This document shows, one piece after another, positions 23,576 to 31,877 of a stretch of DNA of 43,634 bases. The stretch is taken from positions 1 to 43,634 of the forward strand of contig CAYPTJ010000032.1 in NCBI GenBank assembly GCA_964413845.1, in the 5' to 3' direction. Each line of letters begins with the position of its first letter. The first letter of the stretch is position 1. The notes beneath the pieces were generated by a model, which had not been told where the DNA came from, made no database searches, and saw only the letters and a list, made by a program, of their open reading frames with translations. The DNA is from an uncultured Candidatus Saccharibacteria bacterium. GTDB lineage: Bacteria; Patescibacteriota; WWE3; 9FT-COMBO-53-11. The position numbers were made by a program, and so were the translations under genes.

Positions 23576-24598
23576 TCAATCATAATGGCCAAGGGCAACA
23601 AGTCCGGGGAGTTTTTTTCCAGCGAGAAATTCAAGCATCGCTCCACCACCAAGGGAAACGTAACTTATCTTTGAGGCAAGACCAGAGGCGTTTAAGGCGG
23701 CAATCGTGTCTCCCCCGCCAGCAATCGTCTTCCCCGGCAAAAGTGCCAACTCTTCCGCGATCATCCGCGTCCCTCGCGCATAGCGAGGTTTTTCCCAAAC
23801 CCCCAAAGGCCCGTTCCAAACAACCGTCTTTGCTTCCTTGATAATCCCAGTAAAAAACTTGACCGACTTTGGCCCGATGTCATAAGCGTCCTTAGCATCA
23901 ATTGGAAAAACAACATTGGGGATCCTCTCAAGTTCCCGAGAAAACATCAACAGTCCTCCAAGAAGGACCTTATCGGCAATCTTCGCAAAAGCCGGTACAA
24001 GTGGTTTCTTGGTCTCTGTCTTTGCCCCCCCGATGATAAAGATCAGCGGCCTCTCTGGCTTCACCAAAACACTCCCCAACTCTTTTACTTCCTCCTCCAA
24101 CCTTAACCCTGCATAGGCAGGGAGGTGCTTTGGTATCTCAACAATCGAGGCGTGTTCCCGATGGGAAGCAGCAAAGGCGTCGTTGACAAAAATATCGCCC
24201 AGCCCCGCCAATTTCTTGGCAAAACCTAGATCGTTTTTTTCCTCACCGTCCCAGAATCTTAAATTTTCCAAAAGGGCGATATTTGGTAATTGGTAATTGG
24301 TAATTGGTAATTCGGGGAAGAACTCAATCCGTTTTCTCAAAAGCTCCTGAAGACGCACCGCTACCGGTTCAAGGGAGAGTTTTGGATCCCTCTTCCCCTC
24401 CGGTCGCCCAAGGTGTCCAATGACAATTACCTTTGCTCCTCGATCAAGAAGATACTTGAGGGTGGGCAGGAGCGCTTTAAGACGTGTATCATCGGCAACT
24501 TCAACTTGACCAACCCCTGCCTGCCGAAGAGGCAGGTCCAAATCCGCGCGCAGGATTACCTTTTTCCCGGAAACTTTAGCTGCCTTTACCGACTTCAT
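23576..24598 (-). CDS. pgk: Phosphoglycerate kinase (compact, 340 aa).
   Basis: KKVILRADLDLPL...DDTRLKALLPTLKYLL, LLENLRFWDGEEKNDLGFAKKLA, FVNDAFAASHREHAS, GGGDT, SLGGGAMLEFLAGKKLPG. Confidence 0.9.
   Translation of the reverse strand: MKSVKAAKVSGKKVILRADLDLPLRQAGVGQVEVADDTRLKALLPTLKYLLDRGAKVIVIGHLGRPEGKRDPKLSLEPVAVRLQELLRKRIEFFPELPITNYQLPNIALLENLRFWDGEEKNDLGFAKKLAGLGDIFVNDAFAASHREHASIVEIPKHLPAYAGLRLEEEVKELGSVLVKPERPLIFIIGGAKTETKKPLVPAFAKIADKVLLGGLLMFSRELERIPNVVFPIDAKDAYDIGPKSVKFFTGIIKEAKTVVWNGPLGVWEKPRYARGTRMIAEELALLPGKTIAGGGDTIAALNASGLASKISYVSLGGGAMLEFLAGKKLPGLVALGHYD
24283..24312. repeat. Four perfect tandem copies of the heptamer ttggtaa inside pgk.
   Basis: ttggtaa x4 followed by tt. 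On the coding strand it encodes ELPITNYQLPN in a variable loop just before the LLENLRF motif. Confidence 0.9.
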
Positions 24599-24655
24599 CT
24601 TACTTTTTATTCTACCCTATTGACGGTAGTTTAGGAAAAATTCCCTTCTGTTAGA

Positions 24656-25051
24656 ATGGTTATTGTGAGAAAAGACATAATAATTGGAATCCTGGTCGTG
24701 TTTGCGGGTCTGTACCTTTTTCTTTTCCTAGCGCTTCTTAGTTTTGTTATCAGCTCAAGTCAACACTTCCTCCCCGAGGGAATCCTCCTTATTATTCCGG
24801 CAGTTTTAGGGTTTCTTCTTTACAAAAAGTGTGCGTTGCCGTACCTTGAATCAATTGAAGAGGGGGGCAACCTGACCCGTAAAGAGGTTTGGGAACAGTC
24901 TCCATACAAGGAGATCGGTTTGGTACTTTTTACCCTGCTGATGCTGACAGCGATCCTCGTCAGCGGAACTATCGCAACCAGTAAACAAGGAGGCTTAATC
25001 CAAGTCGCCCACGAAAACTTTAACCTCCTTTTGGAACTGCTTAGAAGATAG
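24656..25051 (+). CDS. Hypothetical membrane protein (about 3 TM).
   Basis: Hydrophobic helices only; no family recognised. Confidence 0.4.
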   Translation: MVIVRKDIIIGILVVFAGLYLFLFLALLSFVISSSQHFLPEGILLIIPAVLGFLLYKKCALPYLESIEEGGNLTRKEVWEQSPYKEIGLVLFTLLMLTAILVSGTIATSKQGGLIQVAHENFNLLLELLRR

Positions 25052-25071
25052 CTCCGCGACTATCAGAGATT

Positions 25072-25980
25072 TTAGAGGAACTTGAAGGTGGAAAGAACCT
25101 GATTAAAGATTTGCAGGGATGTGATACTGCCTGCAAATGTTGTCGAGAGCTCAAAAACCCGCGTGTTAAAGAAGCCGTAAGCATAATATTGCGGTCCAAA
25201 AGTTACGATGGTGTCGCTTGAAACATACCAATCGTCGCTACGGTTCCAAGTTATTTCCTTTGTCAACAAGCCACGTATTGAACTGTCGTTTTCTATCCAG
25301 CTAACTCCCGTCCTGCCTGAGGTGTTCTGGTAAACCGTAATTGTCATCCAAGGAAATTCCCCCACGGGATAAACACCATAGGAAAAACTAACTCCGTCTG
25401 AACTTTCCGCTACCCTCGCTACATCTCCTGGATATTTAATTGAGAACCCAAGAGTTGTATTCTCGTAAGTGTTCCAATTCTTGAACGGGTCTACCGTGGA
25501 AAAGGTAGAGTCTTCAGAGACAGCTGGATTGCCAGCAACATCTTTAGACTTCACCCGGAAGTGGTAGAGGGTTCCTTTTGTGAGCCCACTAAGAGAAACG
25601 GAGTGGGAAGTTACTAAAGTGATATCTTCCGTTGTTTGGGAGCCGTAACTTGTGGTTGCTCCATACTCTACCTGAGAAGTCGCCTCTACATCGGTGGTCC
25701 AGCTAATGGTAGCTCCAGTTTCGGTGATGTTTGTCGCCTTGACGGAGGAGATTACAGGCGGTTCTTTCTCCTCTTCTCCTCTTCCAAAGAACTCCTTGAC
25801 ACCTGCGGGAAGGAAGTTATCAAGATAAGTTGTCCTCCAAGCGAGAACAGATCCTACTCCACCAAAGACGATGATGAAGGCGATCAGCAAGAAGATTAGC
25901 TTCTTCCGAGGAAATCTCTTAGGGGTTACCGCTGGTGGCTGGATTGGTGGTTGGGCTGGCGTAGTCTGTTGTTCTTCCAC
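25072..25980 (-). CDS. N-terminally anchored surface protein: TM, FN3-like module and a C-terminal beta domain ending LSTFKFL.
   Basis: The FN3 module (PPVISSVKATNITETGATISWTTDVEATSQVEYGATTSYG...LYHFRVKSKDVAGNPAVS) is homologous to those in ORF 1..2160. GTG start. The N-terminal 65 aa are homologous to the next gene. Confidence 0.65.
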   Translation of the reverse strand: MEEQQTTPAQPPIQPPAVTPKRFPRKKLIFLLIAFIIVFGGVGSVLAWRTTYLDNFLPAGVKEFFGRGEEEKEPPVISSVKATNITETGATISWTTDVEATSQVEYGATTSYGSQTTEDITLVTSHSVSLSGLTKGTLYHFRVKSKDVAGNPAVSEDSTFSTVDPFKNWNTYENTTLGFSIKYPGDVARVAESSDGVSFSYGVYPVGEFPWMTITVYQNTSGRTGVSWIENDSSIRGLLTKEITWNRSDDWYVSSDTIVTFGPQYYAYGFFNTRVFELSTTFAGSITSLQIFNQVLSTFKFL

Positions 25981-26061
25981 TTCTTCTATATTCTACATTC
26001 GGCCAAAGGCTGAAAGCAAGGAGCGCAGCGATGCTACAAAACAGGGGCGTGTCAAGAAATC

Positions 26062-27279
26062 TCAGAGGAACTTGAAGGTAGAAAGCATCAAATCGTAGAT
26101 TTCTCTGTATTTGGTTTCTTCACGTTCATATTGCGAGTAGCGAATAGCAAAAGTAAAGAAATAAACTCTAGGAGGGTGGGAAGCAGTTCCGCTCTGGGCA
26201 ACAGCTGATCCAATTTTGTATAAACGGTTGTCCGCTATGAACATGAACGCAACCTGCTCCCCTTGCACTCCTCCGATGGTAATAGATTTCCTTTCAGCTT
26301 TGCATCCCTCCATGCAGAATAGCTCGTCTTCGTCACATTCTTCTTTGGTGCAATCTTTACATTCTCCTTCTTCTTTGCACCTTTTAACAGAGATAAGAGG
26401 GTCTGGAATCCCGCCTGGGTACGCTTGCACAGCAATCAAAACTACCTCGCCTCCTTCATGTTCCATATCTTCCCGTTTAACGAAGAAGTACGCCAGGGGT
26501 GAACTTTGCGCCAGAGTCCCCTTACCACCACCGGTAAGCCATGTTGAAGGATATTTAATCGAATATCCATACTTTTCATTTTTGAGAGTCTTCCAACCTT
26601 CGGTGGGGTCTTCCTCAGGGAGGAACGCAAAAGTGGAGATCATTAAATCATAAATTTCCCTGTGTTCAATCTTGTGTAGGTTGAAGTAATAAATCCTCCG
26701 CTGATATGTTCCTTCGCGAAAGACGGCCGAGTAAACCCAATCAAGATCCAGGAAGATAACCTGCTCCCCCTGTAGACCTCCGATGGTGACAGATGTCCGT
26801 TCCACTTTCTGTTTTTCCCCGTATAGCTCATCGTCAATAAGGGGATCCGGGACATCACTGCCCGTTGGCAACGTGACGGCTGTAACCACAATCGCTTTTG
26901 AGGCAAGGTCTCCTGGCCCAAGATTTTCCTTACTGGTTTCAAAAACCACCTGTCCTTCTTTAGTACTGCCGTAAACCCAGGTTGGCGGGTACTTTAGCTC
27001 ATAAGCACGTTTTTCATCTTTGTAAGTCTTCCAATTCCTAGTCTCCTCCTCAACTTCTCCAGGTGTCAGCTCCCTGCGTTCCTCACCCCTTCCAAAAAAC
27101 TCCTTCACCCCTGCCGGAAGATAGTTATCAAGGTAGGTTGTCCTCCAAGCGAGAACCGATCCTACTCCACCAAAACCAATGATAAAGGCAACCAAAATAA
27201 GAATTGGCTTCTTCCAAGGAAATCTTTTAGAAGGGGTAGGTGTTGGGTATTGAGAGATAGCAACTTGTTGTTCTTCCAC
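26062..27279 (-). CDS. N-terminally anchored surface protein with two internal copies of a W-x-T-Y/L-K-x-E-K-x-x-Y-x-[LI]-K-Y-P domain.
   Basis: Repeat 1 is WKTYKDEKRAYELKYPPTW...IYDLMISTFAFL. Repeat 2 is WKTLKNEKYGYSIKYPSTW...IYDLMLSTFKFL. It shares its N-terminus and C-terminus with 25072..25980. Confidence 0.65.
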   Translation of the reverse strand: MEEQQVAISQYPTPTPSKRFPWKKPILILVAFIIGFGGVGSVLAWRTTYLDNYLPAGVKEFFGRGEERRELTPGEVEEETRNWKTYKDEKRAYELKYPPTWVYGSTKEGQVVFETSKENLGPGDLASKAIVVTAVTLPTGSDVPDPLIDDELYGEKQKVERTSVTIGGLQGEQVIFLDLDWVYSAVFREGTYQRRIYYFNLHKIEHREIYDLMISTFAFLPEEDPTEGWKTLKNEKYGYSIKYPSTWLTGGGKGTLAQSSPLAYFFVKREDMEHEGGEVVLIAVQAYPGGIPDPLISVKRCKEEGECKDCTKEECDEDELFCMEGCKAERKSITIGGVQGEQVAFMFIADNRLYKIGSAVAQSGTASHPPRVYFFTFAIRYSQYEREETKYREIYDLMLSTFKFL

Positions 27280-27325
27280 TTCTTCTATATTCTACGAGAT
27301 GGGGGGGGCGTGTCAAATCAAGGAA

Positions 27326-28138
27326 TCATTCCGTCACCCGACAACGAGTTGAAACGCAGACCGCCCCGGAAGGTGGGGTTGGACAAGGACTGCAATAGAT
27401 CCCGGTGCAGGAGACTGTTTTCTCCTTTGAATAGTCTTTCCCTACTTCAAAAGGAGCAATCGTCAGATTGGCTTCAATCTCAGAGGTAGTAAAAGCTTCC
27501 GCACAGGTGCAGCACTTATCCAACCGGATCCCCAAGGCGCAATCGGCATCCTTCTCACAGGAAGTTATCACTTCACTTACGAAGCGGAAACTTTCCGCCA
27601 TCTCTTCAAAGACGGTGATGTAGTTCGTGATTATTCCAGGATCAGTTTTGTACTTAAAAAGAGTAAGGAGAAAGTCGTTTTCCCCGTGGGCAAAGAAAAC
27701 ACTTTCTGTCTCAGGAGTGGTGGTTCGCTCCCCAAAGATCCCGTTGGTGTGAAAGCTGCATTTGCTTTGATCTTCCTCGCAAAGAGTCTTTCCCCGCGTT
27801 TTGTTGGAAGCAATCCTAAGGAGGATGTACTCTTGGGGGTTCTCTTCCTCTTCGGAAACTTGAGGGGAGAAGAGGATGAAAGTTGGCTTCACCTCCTCCG
27901 CCTTCCAATCTTGAGGGTAACGAAGGGTAAAGTTGTAGCTTTTACTTTCGTAGGTTTGCCAACCGGCATATTGGTCAACCGCTTCCGGCTTTGCCGCCTT
28001 CTTCCCCAAGTACCAGTTCATCGCCAAATAACCGCCAAGGAAAGAAAGCACCACCAGCGCAAAAACAAGAAATCCCAACCCAACTTTCCGCCACGGAACG
28101 GCTTTAATTTTTTCCCCCCAGCTTCTCATCAATATCAA
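27326..28138 (-). CDS. N-terminally anchored surface protein with one copy of the same domain plus a Cys-rich C-terminal module.
   Basis: WQTYESKSYNFTLRYPQDW..., then SCEKDADCALGIRLDKCCTCAEAF...SCTGIYCSPCPTPPSGAVCVSTRC. Confidence 0.6.
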   Translation of the reverse strand: MILMRSWGEKIKAVPWRKVGLGFLVFALVVLSFLGGYLAMNWYLGKKAAKPEAVDQYAGWQTYESKSYNFTLRYPQDWKAEEVKPTFILFSPQVSEEEENPQEYILLRIASNKTRGKTLCEEDQSKCSFHTNGIFGERTTTPETESVFFAHGENDFLLTLFKYKTDPGIITNYITVFEEMAESFRFVSEVITSCEKDADCALGIRLDKCCTCAEAFTTSEIEANLTIAPFEVGKDYSKEKTVSCTGIYCSPCPTPPSGAVCVSTRCRVTE

Positions 28139-28156
28139 GTATGCTAAATTTAAGAG

Positions 28157-28795
28157 GTGTTTTTCCAGTTGCCGGCAGGGGAGATTATCGATCTTGTTGG
28201 CCGTTATTTTGGCCAGTTTGGATACCCTTTGATTTTTTTAAGTGCGTTCCTCGAAAATATCGCGATCATCAACTACTTTACCCCTGGATCAACGGTGATC
28301 TGGATCGCCGGCTTTTACGCCCAGCAAGGGCTTCTTAATCCTTTTTTAGTCTGGATCACCGCCGCTGCCGCCGCTACTTTGGGAAACCAGATTGATTACC
28401 TTCTTGGATACAGCGGCATCTATCACCTCATCCGCGTCTTTAATCTTGAAAAAAGGGTTGAGGAGCAAAAAAGAAAATATGTTCGCAAAGAGAATATCAT
28501 TGAGGCTTTTTTGATCTATATGATAGGGCTCATCCGCTCCTTTCTTCTTGTTGCTTTGGGAGCGCTTCGTATCCCTTGGCCAAAGTACTTTATCTTCACC
28601 GCCACCTGCGCCGCTTTTCGCAAAGGACTTTTCGTTGCCATCGGCTATTTTTTTGGGACAAACCGCCCTTTTATCGAGTGGTTCTTTTCTAACTTCTGGT
28701 GGATGGGGCTGGCGCTTCTTCTTCTTTGGGTCATCTTTAGAAAGACAATTTTTAAATATGGGCAGATGATTTGCGCTAAGATAAAAGGAAAATGA
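28157..28795 (+). CDS. DedA/SNARE-associated family membrane protein.
   Basis: GYPLIFLSAFLENIAIINYFTPGSTVIWIAG... is typical of the DedA N-terminal region. GTG start. Confidence 0.75.
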   Translation: MFFQLPAGEIIDLVGRYFGQFGYPLIFLSAFLENIAIINYFTPGSTVIWIAGFYAQQGLLNPFLVWITAAAAATLGNQIDYLLGYSGIYHLIRVFNLEKRVEEQKRKYVRKENIIEAFLIYMIGLIRSFLLVALGALRIPWPKYFIFTATCAAFRKGLFVAIGYFFGTNRPFIEWFFSNFWWMGLALLLLWVIFRKTIFKYGQMICAKIKGK

Positions 28796-28941
28796 AGCTG
28801 GAAGGAAAAATCACTCAACTTATCGCAATTATCATCATTGCAGTTGCCCTTTATCTTGTCGGGCCATGGATTATCAACAGCTTAGGAGAGATCTTTCGGG
28901 CTTTGGAGGGGAGAAACCTTAACCTCGAGCAACTCGAATGA
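28792..28941 (+). CDS. Small single-TM protein (49 aa) overlapping the DedA stop (ATGA); not in the ORF track.
   Basis: MKLEGKITQLIAIIIIAVALYLVGPWIINSLGEIFRALEGRNLNLEQLE. Confidence 0.35.
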   Translation: MKLEGKITQLIAIIIIAVALYLVGPWIINSLGEIFRALEGRNLNLEQLE

Positions 28942-29220
28942 CGTGCTTCACTAACGTGGCGTCGCTTCGCTCCTTCCTTTCTCGCTTTCGCTCGAATGTA
29001 ACGACTAAGACCATCTTCACTCAAAGTCAAAAGCGCTAGACTCGTTCAGAAGGAACGCGGGGTATCATTTTCGAGGAACATCCCGCACCCCGCACCGCAT
29101 AACCATCAAGAAAGCAGATAAGATTAGGTGCGGGGGAGGGCGAAGCGGCACGGGAAAAGACCTTAAATTAAAGAAAGATAGCGAACGCTGTTTCCGAGAA
29201 AATCAGTACCCGAGTCCCTT

Positions 29221-30246
29221 TCAACTACCAACTCTGAGGACGTGCTCGACTAAGGTGACGGCGTAGGCCCACTCATTATCGTACCAAGCGAGAACTTTCA
29301 CGAAATCATCATCAATCACCCGCGTTAAGGTAAGATCCACGATTGAAGCATAAGGGTCGGCGATAATATCGGCAGAGGTAAGCGGCTCCTCGGTAACCTT
29401 TAAGATCCCCTCCCAGCGCTTGGTTTTTGCGGCTTCTTTAAAGATCTCGTTGATTTCAGAGACGGAGGTTTTTCTTTTAGAAAGGAAAGTAAAATCGGCA
29501 ATCGAACCACAAACAACCGGGACGCGCATCGCAATCCCATCAAACCGCCCTTTAAGCTCAGGGAGGGAGGCGATCACTGCCTCCGCCGCCCCGGTGGTTG
29601 AGGAAACAATGTTAGCTGCCGCGGCACGCCCCCTTCGATAATCTTTTGTCGCCGGACCATCAACCAAGTTTTGGGTCGCGGTATAGGCATGGACGGTGTT
29701 TAACATTCCCTTAACCACTCCCGGATTCTCCATCGCCACTGCCACAACCGGAGCAACGGCGTTGGTCGTGCAGGAGCCGTTGCAGGTGACAACCGGCAGA
29801 TCCGGCTCCTCAAACCCTTTATCGTTAACTCCAATTAAAAGCTGGGTGACATCCTCCGCCGGAGCAGAGATCACAACCTTTTTTGCTCCAGCTTGAATAT
29901 GTTTTGAGGCATCCTCCAAGTTAGCGAAGCGGCCGGTTGATTCCACAACCACATCAACCCCCAGCTTCTTCCAGGGAAGAGCGGCGGGATCTTTCTCGGA
30001 AAGGACTTTGATCTTCTGTTTATCCCAAGCACCACCGGGGGACCCACCAACGAGCAAACTGTCGCCTTGGACCTTAACCGGTTTATCATAACGGCCATAG
30101 ACGGTGTCGTAACGAAGGAGGTAAGCGAGATTTGCCGGATCGGTTAAGTCATTAACGGCAACAAGCGCCAGCTCCTTTTTCTCCAAGGCAAGTTTGAAGA
30201 AGCAGCGACCAATTCGACCAAAACCGTTTACAGCAACTCTAATCAT
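29221..30246 (-). CDS. gap: Glyceraldehyde-3-phosphate dehydrogenase, type I.
   Basis: RVAVNGFGRIGRCFF, the active site SCTTNAVAPV, and WYDNEWAY. Confidence 0.95.
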   Translation of the reverse strand: MIRVAVNGFGRIGRCFFKLALEKKELALVAVNDLTDPANLAYLLRYDTVYGRYDKPVKVQGDSLLVGGSPGGAWDKQKIKVLSEKDPAALPWKKLGVDVVVESTGRFANLEDASKHIQAGAKKVVISAPAEDVTQLLIGVNDKGFEEPDLPVVTCNGSCTTNAVAPVVAVAMENPGVVKGMLNTVHAYTATQNLVDGPATKDYRRGRAAAANIVSSTTGAAEAVIASLPELKGRFDGIAMRVPVVCGSIADFTFLSKRKTSVSEINEIFKEAAKTKRWEGILKVTEEPLTSADIIADPYASIVDLTLTRVIDDDFVKVLAWYDNEWAYAVTLVEHVLRVGS

Positions 30247-30506
30247 AGATGCTTCTTAAGCCACTCCTTAAACTCCTCTTTGCTTCGCGCCCCGGTTATT
30301 CGGTCAACCTCTTTTCTTCCCTTCTCCAAAACATAAGTGGGGATAGAGAAGATCTCGTAGCGCTCCGCTTCTTTCTGCTTCTCATCAACATTGATCTTCT
30401 CAACCTCAACCTTTCCCTTAAACTCCTTCTCAATCTCGGCAATAACGGGTTTCATTAACTTGCAAGGGGGGCACCACTCGGCCCAAAAATCGATAAGCTT
30501 CAACAT
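30243..30506 (-). CDS. trxA: Thioredoxin with a WCPPC active site.
   Basis: MLKLIDFWAEWCPPCKLMKPVIAEIEKEF...FSIPTYVL. Start taken at Met24 of ORF 30243..30575. Its stop overlaps the gap ATG (ATGA). Confidence 0.85.
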   Translation of the reverse strand: MLKLIDFWAEWCPPCKLMKPVIAEIEKEFKGKVEVEKINVDEKQKEAERYEIFSIPTYVLEKGRKEVDRITGARSKEEFKEWLKKHL

Positions 30507-30587
30507 CACCACCACGATAGCAAATTTGAAAAAATAAAAAAAGGTGGTTCCGTCAAACCAACGTGTTATGATCAAAAATGAAGACCA

Positions 30588-31016
30588 ATGAAAGAGTTTA
30601 TCTCTGTAATCTTTGTCTCCCTCCTCTTTCTCCGTTTTGCCACTACCCCCGTTCCTACAACTTTAGACAGTTCAACACCTCCTCCCCAGGAGACTTCCTC
30701 ACTACCTTCAAAACCGAAAACGATTGATGGTTTGCCCTACACCCGCCGGCTGCGGGTTTACACCACTTCCTACGATGGGAACTGTCCCGGCTGTCGGGGG
30801 AGAACTTACTCTGGAACAGAGGTGAAAAAAGGTGTTTGTGCCGTTGATCCTAAAGTAATCCCACTAGGCACTTGGTTTTACATTCCCAACTACGGCAAGT
30901 GTCACGCGGAGGATATCGGTGAGGCAGTTAAAGGGCTGCGAGTCGATGTTGGTTGGACAGATGCTAGTAAAGGTTGGCTTCCCCAAGGCTGGAAGGACAT
31001 TTATATTTTGAAGTAA
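30588..31016 (+). CDS. Secreted 3D-domain protein (cell-wall-associated, MltA/YabE-type C-terminal domain).
   Basis: Signal peptide, then YTTSYDGNCPGCRGRTYSGTEVKKGVCAVDPKVIPLGTWFYIPNYGKCHAEDIGEAVKGLRVDV. Confidence 0.75.
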   Translation: MKEFISVIFVSLLFLRFATTPVPTTLDSSTPPPQETSSLPSKPKTIDGLPYTRRLRVYTTSYDGNCPGCRGRTYSGTEVKKGVCAVDPKVIPLGTWFYIPNYGKCHAEDIGEAVKGLRVDVGWTDASKGWLPQGWKDIYILK

Positions 31017-31106
31017 CTGAGCTTCAAAATAGAATGCAAGTTCACATTCTCGAGTGAAGCGGGAATGTGAGCTCAAACAAAGTGAGGGTTGTATATTCTT
31101 AAATAA

Positions 31107-31877
31107 ATGCGATACAAAAAGAAGCTAGGACAAAATTTTTTAATCGATCCACATGTTATCCGCGAAACGATAGAATCTGCACAGATCAGTAAGGCCAATG
31201 TAGTAGTTGAAGTCGGGGCGGGAACGGGGGCTCTTACCCGCCCGCTGGCGGAGAAGGCGAGAAAAGTCATCGCTGTCGAGATTGACAAAGATTTGATTCC
31301 CGAGCTCCAAATGAACCTCAAGGGTTTGCCGACCAAGTCGAGCCTCGCCTCTGGCGGGGAAAACGTTGAGATTATCAATGAAGATATCCTCAAACTGGAA
31401 ATTGGAAACTGGAAATTAGCAGATTTCAAGGTCATTGGATCGATTCCCTACCAGATCACCTCACCTTTGATTCACAAGCTGTTGAAAACAATCCCCAGAC
31501 CAGAATCGATCACAATTGTTGTTCAAAAGGAAGTGGCGGAAAAGATCGTAGCAAAACCACCAAGTGCAACTTACCTTTCAAACTTTGTTGCTAATTTTGG
31601 GCAGGCAAAGATTCTTCGGATCATTAAGCCAAACGCTTTCCGTCCTCAACCCAAAGTCGATTCTGCTCTTCTTCACATCGCTCTATACCCTAAACCCTAT
31701 ACCCTAGACCCTAAATTCGAATCCTTCCTCCATCATGGCTTCGCCCAGCCGCGAAAGATGCTCAACAAGCGGTTTCCAAAAGAACTGCTTCAAAAAATTG
31801 GAATTGATCCTCAAAGACGACCCCAAACCTTAGGCTTTGAGGAGTGGGTAAAACTTTTTAAAGCAACAAGAGGTTAA
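31107..31877 (+). CDS. rsmA: 16S rRNA (adenine1518/1519-N6)-dimethyltransferase RsmA/KsgA.
   Basis: KKKLGQNFLIDPHVI, VVEVGAGTGALT, AVEIDKDL, GSIPYQITSP. Confidence 0.9.
   Translation: MRYKKKLGQNFLIDPHVIRETIESAQISKANVVVEVGAGTGALTRPLAEKARKVIAVEIDKDLIPELQMNLKGLPTKSSLASGGENVEIINEDILKLEIGNWKLADFKVIGSIPYQITSPLIHKLLKTIPRPESITIVVQKEVAEKIVAKPPSATYLSNFVANFGQAKILRIIKPNAFRPQPKVDSALLHIALYPKPYTLDPKFESFLHHGFAQPRKMLNKRFPKELLQKIGIDPQRRPQTLGFEEWVKLFKATRG
31683..31717. repeat. Five phased degenerate heptamers inside rsmA.
   Basis: ctatacc/ctaaacc/ctatacc/ctagacc/ctaaatt, encoding LYPKPYTLDPKF. Confidence 0.8.
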
